DNA from: Terrimicrobiaceae bacterium
Lineage (GTDB): Bacteria > Verrucomicrobiota > Verrucomicrobiia > Chthoniobacterales > JAATET01
Direction of reading: 5' to 3'
NCBI GenBank assembly: GCA_028713285.1
Contig: JAQTOP010000005.1
Coordinates: forward strand, 10,682 to 74,681
Length of the DNA: 64,000 nt
How positions within the stretch are numbered: the stretch's first letter is position 1; every line of letters starts with the position of its first letter. The notes under the pieces are model-generated. The model was not told the DNA's origin, made no database searches, and worked only from the letters and a program-made list of their open reading frames with translations. The translations under genes were made by a program, and so were the position numbers. Below, in pieces: positions 34,975 through 44,578 of the stretch.

Positions 34975-35990
34975 ACTTCCGGCTGCGCATCGCCGCGTGG
35001 TTCGGCCTTACGCTGGTGGCCCTCGTCGGTCTCCTGATCGTCACCGCGCATCGCCATCTGGATCAGGAACTCCGGCAGGAAAAGTGGGAGCGCTCGCACC
35101 CAAACTTCCCCGATTGGGTGCTCCACGGCAGCTTCACCGACGCGGAGATTCAGGACATTCTTGGCGAGATGATGCAGGTGTGGATCGCCGTGGGCATCCC
35201 CAGCCTGATCGTCGCCCTCGCGGTCGGCTACTGGCTTGCCGAGCGTTCGATCCGACCGATCCGCCTGATCAACCGCCAGCTTTCCGCAATCAAAACCAGC
35301 GCCCTCGGGACCGGCGTCGCGTTGTCCGAAAAGGATCCGGTGCTCGCCGATCTCGTCCGTCATATCAACGCGCTCCTGCATCGCGTGGGAGTGGACTACG
35401 AACAAATGGCTGGCTTCTCCTCGAAGGTCGCCGACGAACTTCGCACGCCGCTGATGCTCCTTCGCATGAAGGTTGACCAATCCGCTCTGCTTCTGCCTGC
35501 CGGCCTCGCCGAGGAAATGCAAAGTGAGCTTTCCCGGCTCTCCAGGTTCGTTGAGCGCTCTCTGGTCGCCGCCAAAGCGGAGAGCGGACATCTGGGCGTG
35601 GACCTTCGGGCCGTGGATATGTTCTGCATTCTCGAAGACATGCAGGAGGGCTACGCGGTGCTCGCGGCGGAGCGGGGGGTTGATTGGTCCTGGCAGGTCC
35701 GGGGCCCTCTGCCAGTCGTCACCGATGCGGACCATCTGCGCCAGATTCTCCACAACGTGCTCGGCAACGCCGTGCGCTACGCCGCATCCCGGATTCGCGT
35801 GCGAGCGGCCGCACGCGGCGATGGCGTCGCGCTGGTGATCGCCAACGACACCAATCCCGCTTCGATGGCCACGCCGGGCATCGGGCTCGGCCTTCGCCTC
35901 GTTCGGGGCCTTTGCGAGGCGACGCAGATTCGATTCTCCGTTCGGTCGCGCGACCGATTCTTCGCCTGCCGTCTCGTTCTTCGCGATTGA
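34971..35990 (+). CDS. Histidine-kinase-like sensor protein with H-box His replaced by Asp (probable pseudokinase)
   Basis: Two TM helices plus a HAMP-like linker. The HisKA block reads 'FSSKVADELRTPLMLL' where the consensus is SHELRTPL. The N-box 'LRQILHNVLGNAVRYA' is retained, G1 is degenerate ('IANDTNP'), and G2 is 'GIGLGL'. Confidence 0.75.
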   Translation: MNFRLRIAAWFGLTLVALVGLLIVTAHRHLDQELRQEKWERSHPNFPDWVLHGSFTDAEIQDILGEMMQVWIAVGIPSLIVALAVGYWLAERSIRPIRLINRQLSAIKTSALGTGVALSEKDPVLADLVRHINALLHRVGVDYEQMAGFSSKVADELRTPLMLLRMKVDQSALLLPAGLAEEMQSELSRLSRFVERSLVAAKAESGHLGVDLRAVDMFCILEDMQEGYAVLAAERGVDWSWQVRGPLPVVTDADHLRQILHNVLGNAVRYAASRIRVRAAARGDGVALVIANDTNPASMATPGIGLGLRLVRGLCEATQIRFSVRSRDRFFACRLVLRD

Positions 35991-36010
35991 TCTCGTCCCT
36001 GGAGCCGGGC

Positions 36011-36535
36011 TCACCCGCCGTCCGAGGAGAGGTAGAGCAGGTCGAGGGCCTGGAGGGTCGTTTTATCGAGGCGGCCGGTGGTTTTGAAACGGTTCGCCTG
36101 CTGATACGCGCGCAGGGCCTCCGTGAGCGCGGGGGCGGGCATGCCGTTGGCGGGGCCGTTGTAGAAACCGAGCAGTTTCAAATTTTGCTGCGCCTTTTTC
36201 ACGGTGCGCACCTGGAAGTCCGGCGGCGCATTCAGGTAGGGGCCGCCGACAAAAATATCCGCGAGCGCGACGGCGGGATCGACCGGGGCGGGGGCGGGCT
36301 GCGTCTTGATGCCAAGCGCGTTGAGCGTGGCGGGGTTCAGCTCGCCGGTGACGCGCAACTTCTGCGCGACTTGAAACCGTCGCACGCCGGCGGCCGTCTG
36401 GCTGCCCCACGCGCCATCGGCGGCGCCGTCGTAATAGCCGAGACGCGTGAGCTTCGTCTGCACGGCGCGGACCAGATCGTCGGCGCATGCCGTGCCGGCC
36501 ACGAGGACGAGGGCGAGAATGAGGAAGCGTTTCAT
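36011..36535 (-). CDS. Secreted protein with two peptidoglycan-binding (PG_binding_1) repeats
   Basis: Signal peptide 'MKRFLILALVLVAGTACA'. Repeats 'VQTKLTRLGYYDGAADGAWGSQTAAGVRRFQ...LRVTGELN' and 'AQQNLKLLGFYNGPANGMPAPALTEALRAYQQANRFKTTGRLD'. Confidence 0.75.
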   Translation of the reverse strand: MKRFLILALVLVAGTACADDLVRAVQTKLTRLGYYDGAADGAWGSQTAAGVRRFQVAQKLRVTGELNPATLNALGIKTQPAPAPVDPAVALADIFVGGPYLNAPPDFQVRTVKKAQQNLKLLGFYNGPANGMPAPALTEALRAYQQANRFKTTGRLDKTTLQALDLLYLSSDGG

Positions 36536-36598
36536 CGGTTGGAATCTAACCGCGAGTCGCGCGAAGAGCATGAAGTTTATTGGGAACCGCGGCGCGCT

Positions 36599-37714
36599 CT
36601 ACACGTTGAAACGGAATTCCATCACATCGCCGTCCGCCACGACGTATTCCTTGCCCTCGATGCGCAGGCGGCCGGATTCGCGGGCCTTTACCTGCGAGCC
36701 GAATTTCGCCAGTTCGTCAAACGCGACCGTCTCCGCCGCGATGAACCCGCGCTCGAAGTCGCTGTGAATCACGCCCGCCGCGGCGGGGGCCTTGTCGCCG
36801 GCGTGGATCGTCCATGCGCGGGATTCCTTCGGCCCGGTCGTAAAGTAGGTGCGCAGGCCGAGCAGGTGATAGGCGGCGCGGATGAGCAGGCCCACGCCGG
36901 AGTCGTCCACGCCGAGGCCGGCGAGAAACTCCTTCGCTTCCTCGGGCGGAAGCTCGGCCAGCTCGCTCTCGATCTGCGCGCTGATGACGACCGCCTCGCT
37001 GCCGAGGTGATCGGCCGCGAATTTCTTCACCGCGCGGACGTGCTGCGCGGCGGCGGACTCGCCGTCGAGATTCGCGAGGTCGTCCTCGCGCACGTTGCAG
37101 GCGAAGAGCGTGGGCTTCGCGCTGAGGAGGAAAAACTCGCGCAGGATGCGCTGCTCTTCGTCGGAGAGTTCGATGGTCAGGGCGGGCTTGCCGGAGTCGA
37201 GAGGGGGCAGGAGTTTTTCGACGAGGGCGAGTTCGGCCTTCGCGGCTTTGTCGCCCATGCGGACGCCTTTTTGCAGGCGCTCGGCGCGCTTCTTGAGCGC
37301 TGCGAGGTCGGCGAGAATGAGTTCGGTATTGATGATCTCGATGTCGCGCACGGGATCGACCGTGCCGGAGACGTGGTGAATGTCCTCATCCTCGAAGCAC
37401 CGCACGACCTGCACGACCGCATCGACTTCGCGAATGTGGCTGAGGAATTGATTCCCGAGTCCCTCGCCCTCGCTTGCGCCGCGCACGAGACCCGCGATAT
37501 CGACGAACTCGATGGCCGCGGGCAGCGTGCGCTCGGACTTGCTCAGTTTTGCGAGCGCATCGAGGCGCTCGTCCGGGACGTTCACGATGCCGACATTCGG
37601 CTCGATGGTGCAGAAGGGGAAATTGGCGGCCGCCGCCTTGCGTGTGCGGGTGAGCGCGTTGAAGAGGGTGGACTTCCCGACGTTCGGCAGACCCACGATT
37701 CCGGCTTTGAGCAT
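36599..37714 (-). CDS. ychF: Redox-regulated ribosome-binding ATPase YchF
   Basis: 'KAGIVGLPNVGKSTLFNALT', 'NFPFCTIEPNVG' and 'FVDIAGLVRGASEGEGLGNQFL', with a C-terminal TGS-like 'RIEGKEYVVADGDVMEFRFNV'. Confidence 0.95.
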   Translation of the reverse strand: MLKAGIVGLPNVGKSTLFNALTRTRKAAAANFPFCTIEPNVGIVNVPDERLDALAKLSKSERTLPAAIEFVDIAGLVRGASEGEGLGNQFLSHIREVDAVVQVVRCFEDEDIHHVSGTVDPVRDIEIINTELILADLAALKKRAERLQKGVRMGDKAAKAELALVEKLLPPLDSGKPALTIELSDEEQRILREFFLLSAKPTLFACNVREDDLANLDGESAAAQHVRAVKKFAADHLGSEAVVISAQIESELAELPPEEAKEFLAGLGVDDSGVGLLIRAAYHLLGLRTYFTTGPKESRAWTIHAGDKAPAAAGVIHSDFERGFIAAETVAFDELAKFGSQVKARESGRLRIEGKEYVVADGDVMEFRFNV

Positions 37715-37824
37715 AGATCCGAGAGCTTATTGGGGAGGACGGGATTTGGAAACCATGAAGGGCATTGACGTCACGGCCAAAAAATCTCTCCCACCTTCCG
37801 TGCCCTTCATGCTCTTCATGGGAC

Positions 37825-38562
37825 ATGAAATTGACCGAAATCGTCGCGTATCTGGATGCGGAGCTTCGCACGGCGGAGATCCAGGACTATCCGAACGCGC
37901 ATAATGGCCTGCAGTTGGAGAATGGCGATTCGGTCACACGCGTCGCGTGCGCAGTGGATGCGTGCGAGGCGGTCATCGACGCGGCCTGCGAGGCGAGGGC
38001 GGATTTATTGATCGTGCATCATGGACTGCTGTGGGCCGGAGCGCAGCGAATCGAGGGGGCGCATTATCGCAAGCTCAAGCGCGCGATCGACGCGGGTCTC
38101 GCGATCTACAGCTCGCACCTCCCGCTCGACCGGCACCCGCGCCTCGGCAACAACGCGCTGCTCGCGAAGGCGCTGGGCGTCGGCAAAACCGCTTCGTTTC
38201 TCGAAATCGGCGTCGAGGCGAGAGTGAACCTCACGCTGTCGGTGCTGATCGACCGCGTCGAGCGAGCGGTGGGCGGGCCCGCGCATCTCGCGCCGGGCGG
38301 TCCGGAGCGCGTGCGGCGGCTTGGCATCGTGACGGGCGGCGCCGGCGGCGAGATCGCGAAGGCGGCGGACGCGGGAGTGGACACGTTTCTCACGGGCGAA
38401 GGGCCGCATTGGTCTTACACGGCGGCGGAGGAGTTGGGCGTGAATTTGATCTACGCGGGCCACTACGCGACCGAGACTTTCGGCGTGAAGGCACTGGGCG
38501 CGGAGCTGGAAAAAAAGTTTGGACTGCCGTGGGTGTTCGTCGATCACCCCAGCGGGCTTTAG
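37825..38562 (+). CDS. Nif3-like dinuclear metal center protein (GTP cyclohydrolase 1 type 2 homolog)
   Basis: 'NGLQLEN', 'DLLIVHHGLLW', 'IYSSHLPLDRHP..GNN' and 'DTFLTGEGPHW...AGHYATE'. Confidence 0.85.
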   Translation: MKLTEIVAYLDAELRTAEIQDYPNAHNGLQLENGDSVTRVACAVDACEAVIDAACEARADLLIVHHGLLWAGAQRIEGAHYRKLKRAIDAGLAIYSSHLPLDRHPRLGNNALLAKALGVGKTASFLEIGVEARVNLTLSVLIDRVERAVGGPAHLAPGGPERVRRLGIVTGGAGGEIAKAADAGVDTFLTGEGPHWSYTAAEELGVNLIYAGHYATETFGVKALGAELEKKFGLPWVFVDHPSGL

Positions 38563-39320
38563 ATGGCCGGCATGACGTTTCCGCCGCATACCGGGATGTA
38601 GGCGCCAGAGATGAAGCTCGCCAGGTCGGAAGCGAGGAAGGCCACGACATTCGCGATCTCCTGATCCGTGCCCCGGCGTTTGAGCGGAACTTTCTCTTGG
38701 TAGGTCTGCTGGTGCTCGGTGCCAGACTCGCGGTATTTGTCGCTGATCATCCAGCCGGGCGCGACTTGGTTTACCGTGATCTGGTGCTCGCCGATTTCCT
38801 TCGCCAGCACGCGCAGCACGCCGTCCATGCCGCGCTTGCCCGAAACGTAAGCCGACTGGCTCGGGAAATTTTGCATCGCGCATTCCGTATTGATCGCGAT
38901 CACGCGCCCCGAGCCGCTTGCGATCATGGCGGGGACGAAGGCTTTCGCCATCAGGACATTTTGCAGGACACAGGTCCGAAACTGGCTTTCGTAATCTTCA
39001 ATGCCCTGATCGAGCACCGATACCCAGGAGTATTGAGCCACCGCGTTCGTGACGATGATGTCCGCGGCGCCCAACTGATCGCTCACTGCATCCCGCATTT
39101 TGAAAACGGAGGATTTGTCCGTGATGTCCGCCTGGATGGCAATCGCCCGCCCGCCGCCTGCAACGAGTTCCTCCCGCAGTTCGCGGGCTTTGGTTTCGTT
39201 TTGGAGGTAGTGAATTGCCACGCCGGCACCGCAAGCAGCGAGGGTGCGGGCCATGACCCGCCCAAGCTCGCCGGTTGCCCCGGTAACGACGGCGACTTTT
39301 CCCGAAAGATCGATTTTCAT
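38559..39320 (-). CDS. SDR-family oxidoreductase (3-oxoacyl-ACP reductase-like)
   Basis: 'GKVAVVTGATGELG' (TGxxxGxG), 'NAVA', a catalytic 'S...YVSGK' region, and 'ISGAYIPVCGG'. It lies immediately downstream of, and co-directional with, the 676-aa unassigned gene. Confidence 0.85.
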   Translation of the reverse strand: MKIDLSGKVAVVTGATGELGRVMARTLAACGAGVAIHYLQNETKARELREELVAGGGRAIAIQADITDKSSVFKMRDAVSDQLGAADIIVTNAVAQYSWVSVLDQGIEDYESQFRTCVLQNVLMAKAFVPAMIASGSGRVIAINTECAMQNFPSQSAYVSGKRGMDGVLRVLAKEIGEHQITVNQVAPGWMISDKYRESGTEHQQTYQEKVPLKRRGTDQEIANVVAFLASDLASFISGAYIPVCGGNVMPAI

Positions 39321-39334
39321 GATTGAACCCAAAA

Positions 39335-41365
39335 TTAGCCTTTCTCACGATCGCCAACAAAACCAACGGCGCTTCCTGTGCCCCAGTTGGCCTCGATTTT
39401 TGGCCAGGGAAAATACGACGGGACCGAGGCCCACGGACCGGTAAGAAAAGGAAAGTCGGCATCTGTAAGCCCGTCGATGCTGACCCGGGTATCCTGGGAG
39501 ACGGGAAGGCCGTTGATCAGCGCGTACCGGGGTGTGATACTGCCAGGGGTCCAGGAGGTCTCCAGTTCCAGAGCCGGGCGCTGCGCGCTGGCGGGGCGGC
39601 GATAACGCGTGCGGCGCGTCATCCAGAAATAGTCCGTGAAGAGGCCTGAGGATAATGACTCGATGAAGGCGGCGAGGGACGGATATTCGTCGATGCTTGC
39701 GTGCTCGGCAACGAAACCGCCGAAGACGTTTCGCAGTTCCGCGCAGGTGAACGTGCGAGCAGGGCCTTCGTAAAACGTGCTGCGGAGCACTTCGTAGTTA
39801 TTGATTTTTTCCAGCGTGATTTTCACCGTTTGCGGCTCGGGCAGGAACGCGAGCGGACGGACGGCGATGAGAAGCCGCCCGCGACGGCAGCCCACCCACT
39901 CGCCGTGCGCGACTTCGCCCGACCAGGATTCGCAGGACCGTTTTCCGATGCGGATTTCGTCGGCACCGGCGAAATGCGACGGAAAAATCACCATGTCATT
40001 CAATCGGGTGAGCGGCTGTGGCGGCTGGCCCGCTTCAAAACCGCCCAGGGCCGGTTTGGGAGTCGTCAAAACGAGCGCCGTGGGGCCGGATTGCAGCGTG
40101 ATGAGGTTGGCTTTGGAGCCGAGATTGTCCTGTTCGCCTGAGTTGGAATAGAGGAGGCCATCCGGGCCGGTCGCGGTTTCGATCGTGCCCGGCACCTCCT
40201 CGTTGATGGTGAATTTATGATAGACCGTGCCGACGTCCTTGAAGGACTTGACCTCCGAGGTGCGTTTGTAGGTGGCGACATAATGGGCTGTCTGTTCCAG
40301 GAACCACGGAGTCGAGGAGGTCCCGACAGTAAAGTCCGGCTGCAAAAAGGTCTCGATGCGAATCGGGCGCGCCGGAAAATCCAGCCCCATTCCGCCCGCC
40401 TCCGCGGTGGCCACTGCCTGGAAGGGATAGTTCTTGCGGGCGAACAGTTCCAGGACGCGGGCCGAGGGATGATAGGTTCCGGTGGCATACCAGCATTTCT
40501 CGCTAAGGTTAAATGGAAGATCGCCCTTGTGATGAAGCACCAGGCCGGAACCGGGGTTGAACAATTCCATCGGCGAGGGCCTGACGATGTCCCCCAGCAC
40601 GAACCAAAGCAGGGTGGAAATGCCCGAGGCGTGCGCAAGGGTGTCGATATTATAGGCTCGGGAATAGGGACCAGCCAGAACGCCCATTTCCGGATGAAAC
40701 CTCGCCGCCAGATCCAGCCAGATGCGTTCCTCGATGCCCGCCGCCAGTTCCCTCGCTTCGGGATTCTCGGCATAGTGGGCAATTTTTCCAATCGCCGCGA
40801 GCGTGGCCGCGGAATACGTCGGGGAATTCCATTCGCTGTAAACCCCACGCCGGTAGAGCATGTTGCGAAGCTGACGCAAATTCCAGAGCCCGTGCTCCAC
40901 GGCCTCCGGGTTGTCCAGCAACTCGCCGCCAAGGATCAGGCCCATGGAGGCCTTGGCCGGCATGTTGTCGTTGCCGCCGTGGAATTGATAGTCGGGCCGC
41001 CGGTTCCCCGGCTGGAAGGCAAAGCCATACCGCACCAATTCCTCGAGCTTTTCCCTCACGGCATGGGACATTTTTTCGCGATACACCCTCAAAAGAACCG
41101 CGGCGATGTTGGTATGGAAAATGTCGTAGGGCGCGGGATTCTCCCAGCCCATGTGGGAGATCATCGTATCCCCCGTGAGGATGATCGCATCGGCCAGATC
41201 GTCCAAGCCCTGGTCGTAGAGTCCGCAGCAGATCCAGTAGCGCTCCCTCACCTCTGCCGGCAGGGAATCGGCCGCCCAGTTGCCCGCGGCATCATACCAA
41301 GTTTGCGCCGCGATGACGGCTCGATTTAGAAAAAGCTGAGATCTGCTGGCGAATGTCGAATTCAT
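39335..41365 (-). CDS. Uncharacterised 676-aa protein, paralog A (no family assignable from memory; no signal peptide seen)
   Basis: Long uninterrupted ORF in lower-GC DNA. It shows full-length similarity to the product of 44579..46621, for example 'FHGGNDNMPAKASMGLILGGELL...WNSPTYSAATLAAIGKIAHY...GPYSRAYNID' against 'FHGANDNMPMMASLGLILAGEAL...FNSSTYSAVTLSSAAQIATY...GPQARAYSVD'. Confidence 0.8.
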   Translation of the reverse strand: MNSTFASRSQLFLNRAVIAAQTWYDAAGNWAADSLPAEVRERYWICCGLYDQGLDDLADAIILTGDTMISHMGWENPAPYDIFHTNIAAVLLRVYREKMSHAVREKLEELVRYGFAFQPGNRRPDYQFHGGNDNMPAKASMGLILGGELLDNPEAVEHGLWNLRQLRNMLYRRGVYSEWNSPTYSAATLAAIGKIAHYAENPEARELAAGIEERIWLDLAARFHPEMGVLAGPYSRAYNIDTLAHASGISTLLWFVLGDIVRPSPMELFNPGSGLVLHHKGDLPFNLSEKCWYATGTYHPSARVLELFARKNYPFQAVATAEAGGMGLDFPARPIRIETFLQPDFTVGTSSTPWFLEQTAHYVATYKRTSEVKSFKDVGTVYHKFTINEEVPGTIETATGPDGLLYSNSGEQDNLGSKANLITLQSGPTALVLTTPKPALGGFEAGQPPQPLTRLNDMVIFPSHFAGADEIRIGKRSCESWSGEVAHGEWVGCRRGRLLIAVRPLAFLPEPQTVKITLEKINNYEVLRSTFYEGPARTFTCAELRNVFGGFVAEHASIDEYPSLAAFIESLSSGLFTDYFWMTRRTRYRRPASAQRPALELETSWTPGSITPRYALINGLPVSQDTRVSIDGLTDADFPFLTGPWASVPSYFPWPKIEANWGTGSAVGFVGDREKG

Positions 41366-41600
41366 TGGTGGGAAGGGGTTGAAACTAGAACGGCAGGGGA
41401 ACGGATCAAGATGAAATCACCCTCCCGCCCGGAATGGGTCATTCTCGAGTCTGCACCCGGGATTTTGCCATTGAAGTTGAAGGGAAAATGTTGTCCATGA
41501 TTGGGGCGAAGGGCTCATTGACCATTTAGCTGGCGGATTTCGCCAACTCCCCATACCCTTAAACCTCCTCAGACGAGAAGATTGTCATCAAGTCTGGCCC
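41366..41600. promoter_or_regulatory. Divergent promoter region between paralog A/SDR operon and GH2 operon
   Basis: 235-bp non-coding, comparatively AT-rich spacer between divergently oriented genes. I could not pin down a specific -35/-10 or operator. Confidence 0.4.
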
Positions 41601-43445
41601 TTGTACCCCATGACGCCAACCCCATCCCTCTTTACGCACAACCGAACCGGACTCAGCCTCGACGGCATTTGGAAATTCTGCCCCGACCCCATGCAGCGCT
41701 GCCGCCAGCAAAGGTGGTGGGAGAATCCTTCCAAACAAAATTCGGTCTTCCCCTGTTGGGATCCTGAGGGATTGTGGGAGATTCAAGTTCCTTCCACTTG
41801 GAAGAAGCAGTTCAAGGCGCTGGAGTGGTATGATGGGCATGCGGTTTATTACAGGACTTTCAATAAACCGAAAGAGATACCGTCGTCCTATGAGGCTTTT
41901 CTGGTTTTTGACGGGATTGTTTATGCCTCCGAGGTATTTCTCAATGGCCAGAAGATGGGCGAACACGGCTGGGGATATTCCCAGTTCGCAGTTCGAGTGA
42001 CCGAAACCCTTCAGGAACGCAACGAACTCTTCGTGCTGGTCGAGAACGTCCCCTCGCTGCAGCGAGCCCCCGGAGTACGATTTGACTGGTGCAATGATGG
42101 CGGAATCATCAACGGCGTGAAGCTGGTTTTCGTCCCACGCACATTCATCCAGAATTTCAAAGTCAGCACCGTGCTCTCGCAGGATGCGGTGTCGCTGGAA
42201 TTCGATCTATTCCTTGCATCGCGGGATGCGGCGGCTTGCGAAGAGGTGACGATTGAAATTCCTGAATTGAAGCTAAGTGCCACCGTGAAGGCGGAAGCCG
42301 GCAAGGTCGCCTCGCACAAATTCAGAGTCTCGAAGAACGACGTGAAGCTTTGGTGCCCTGAGAACCCAAAGTTATACGACGTGAAGCTATCGACGCGAAA
42401 TGAGGCCATAGGTGATGAGATTGGCTTCCGCGAAATCAAAACCAAAGGCCACGAAATCCTGCTCAACGGGGAGCCCATCCGACTCTATGGCTTGTGTGTG
42501 CACTCGGAATTCCCCGACACGGGCCGCACGGCCACAGTTGAAAACATCCGAAAGATGGTCGGGAAAGCCGGGGAACTCGGGGTGAACTTCCTGCGTTGCG
42601 CTCATTACCCCTACGCGGAGATATTCGGACGGGAGATGGATCGCGCCGGACTGCTTTGGTGGGAGGAGGTTCCGGTTTATTGGATACCGGCCATTAAGGA
42701 GGAGGAAGTTTCGTCCTTGGTGCTGGGGATGCTGGAGGAAACGATCCGTCGAGATTGGAACCGCTCGAGTCTCATCATGTGGTCGATTTCCAATGAGTGC
42801 TGCTATCGCGACCCCAAGAACCCGATGGATAATAATTATGACTATTGGTTCAAGGCGGCCAGGTTGGTGCGGAAACTCGATCCTACCCGACTGCTGACCT
42901 GTGCGGAATCGGGCAATATCGTTTCCACCAGCACCGCCTGGTCTCCCACGAAGGGAGATGAGTTTACCGGGGTGGGCAAGCCGCAAGTGGAGGAAAACCA
43001 CCGCCCCATGCACACGGATGAATTATACACCCTCTTCGATGTCCTGGCCGCCAATCTTTATGTCGCGAATCCCGGCGAGGAAGCGGTGCTTTATCCGAGG
43101 TTTGTGCGTCTGCTTTCGCCATATAACAAACCGCTCATGCTGAGTGAGTTTGGCTCCATGTCCCTGTTGGGAGCGAAGGTTCCGGATGACGTGCTCGGGA
43201 GCGAGGCTCGCCACGCTTTGATGATTGAAAAGGCCTATGATGTTTTCAAGGAACTGCCGGAAATCACCGGTTATTGTCCCTGGGTTTTGCTCGATGGACG
43301 CGCTCCGATTCATTGGAGATGGTATAATCTGGGAACTGGATTGTTCCGTTACGGATTCCTCAATGAAAACTGGGAGCCCAAGCAGGCGTTCTTCGCCCTG
43401 AAAAAGGGAATCGACCAGGTGAAAAACCATTTCAAGCAATCCTAG
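41601..43445 (+). CDS. Glycoside hydrolase family 2-like enzyme (beta-glucuronidase/beta-galactosidase fold)
   Basis: N-terminal sugar-binding jelly-roll ('LDGIWKF', 'WYDGHAVYYRTF', 'FLVFDGIVYASEVFLNGQKMGEH') and a TIM barrel ('NFLRCAHYPY'). Acid/base 'WSISNECC' (NE) and nucleophile 'MLSEFGS' (E) are retained. Confidence 0.8.
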   Translation: MYPMTPTPSLFTHNRTGLSLDGIWKFCPDPMQRCRQQRWWENPSKQNSVFPCWDPEGLWEIQVPSTWKKQFKALEWYDGHAVYYRTFNKPKEIPSSYEAFLVFDGIVYASEVFLNGQKMGEHGWGYSQFAVRVTETLQERNELFVLVENVPSLQRAPGVRFDWCNDGGIINGVKLVFVPRTFIQNFKVSTVLSQDAVSLEFDLFLASRDAAACEEVTIEIPELKLSATVKAEAGKVASHKFRVSKNDVKLWCPENPKLYDVKLSTRNEAIGDEIGFREIKTKGHEILLNGEPIRLYGLCVHSEFPDTGRTATVENIRKMVGKAGELGVNFLRCAHYPYAEIFGREMDRAGLLWWEEVPVYWIPAIKEEEVSSLVLGMLEETIRRDWNRSSLIMWSISNECCYRDPKNPMDNNYDYWFKAARLVRKLDPTRLLTCAESGNIVSTSTAWSPTKGDEFTGVGKPQVEENHRPMHTDELYTLFDVLAANLYVANPGEEAVLYPRFVRLLSPYNKPLMLSEFGSMSLLGAKVPDDVLGSEARHALMIEKAYDVFKELPEITGYCPWVLLDGRAPIHWRWYNLGTGLFRYGFLNENWEPKQAFFALKKGIDQVKNHFKQS

Positions 43446-43479
43446 AACCGCATAGCCTCTCCATTTCCCACCCTAAATT

Positions 43480-44529
43480 ATGTCCGCTCCCACTCCCAAC
43501 AAAATCCCCATTGCAATTGTCGGTCTGAACTTCGGCCGCTGGATCGTCGCGGATCGCGACAAACCGGAGGGGCTGGGAAAATATTTTGAACTGGTGTCCG
43601 TATGCGATCTCGACCCGGCGCGAGCGCATGACATTGCGACCAAAGCCGGTGTTCCGGCCTGCACGAATCTCGACGAGATTTTGACGAATCCGAAAATCCC
43701 GGTGGTCGGGATATTTACCAGCCCGTCCGGCCGGTCGGATCTGATCCGCAAGGCAATCCGCGCCGGAAAGGACGTGATGACGACGAAGCCCTTTGAGACC
43801 GACGCCGAAAAGGCGGGGGCATTGCTGGAGGAAGCCCGGGCGCTGGGCCGCGTGGTGCATCTCAATTCGCCGGGGCCTCTTGTGCCGCCCGATCTGCAAC
43901 GCATTGAAGAATGGCGCGAGCAGTATCAACTGGGTCGTCCAATTGGCGGACGGGCGGAGGTGTATGCGAGCTATCGCGAGAAGGCCAATGGCAGCTGGTA
44001 TGACGATCCGGACAAATGCGCGGTGGCGCCGATTTTCCGGCTCGGAATTTATGTGATCAACGATCTGGTGCGGCTCTTTGGCGAGGCGGAATCGGCGCAA
44101 GTGCTGAAATCGAGGATCTTTACGGAACGTCCGACGCCGGATAACGCGCAGTTGGGAATCCTGTTCAAGAGCGGTGCGGTGGCGAGCGTCTTCGCCTCGT
44201 TTTGCATCGACGACGGCCAGCCCTACGCGAGCTCGACGACTTTGCATTTCGAGAACGGTACGATCTACCGCAACGTGGGGCGGCTGGCTTTCGGCGGCGG
44301 ACCGAAAGCCCCGACGAAGGTTCATGTGGTCGCGCGTCGGAACGGGGAGCCCGTGATCGAATCGGCGGAATATGCCAATGGCAGCGGCGAGTATCAGTGG
44401 GAGGCATTTTATCGCGCCATTCACGGCGAGAAGTTGGAAACGCCCCGCGAAGTGGTCATCGGAGGATTGCGCATCATCGCGGCAATGGCGCGGGCAGAGA
44501 AATCGGGTGCGACCGAGCCGGTGCGGTGA
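43480..44529 (+). CDS. Gfo/Idh/MocA-family NAD(P)-dependent oxidoreductase
   Basis: Rossmann N-terminus 'IPIAIVGLNFGRWI', 'ELVSVCDLDPARA', 'DVMTTKPF' (EKP-like motif) and a C-terminal alpha/beta dimerisation domain. Confidence 0.85.
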   Translation: MSAPTPNKIPIAIVGLNFGRWIVADRDKPEGLGKYFELVSVCDLDPARAHDIATKAGVPACTNLDEILTNPKIPVVGIFTSPSGRSDLIRKAIRAGKDVMTTKPFETDAEKAGALLEEARALGRVVHLNSPGPLVPPDLQRIEEWREQYQLGRPIGGRAEVYASYREKANGSWYDDPDKCAVAPIFRLGIYVINDLVRLFGEAESAQVLKSRIFTERPTPDNAQLGILFKSGAVASVFASFCIDDGQPYASSTTLHFENGTIYRNVGRLAFGGGPKAPTKVHVVARRNGEPVIESAEYANGSGEYQWEAFYRAIHGEKLETPREVVIGGLRIIAAMARAEKSGATEPVR

Positions 44530-44578
44530 CTCCGTTTCGGCCAGGGCCGACGCCGACTCGAACAAACGGGAAAACATT

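Noticed and set aside
35684-37768. 694-aa ORF on the + strand crossing the kinase-like gene end, the PG-binding gene and ychF
   Set aside because: It is out of frame with or antisense to three well-supported genes. Its composition is arginine/glycine-rich shadow.
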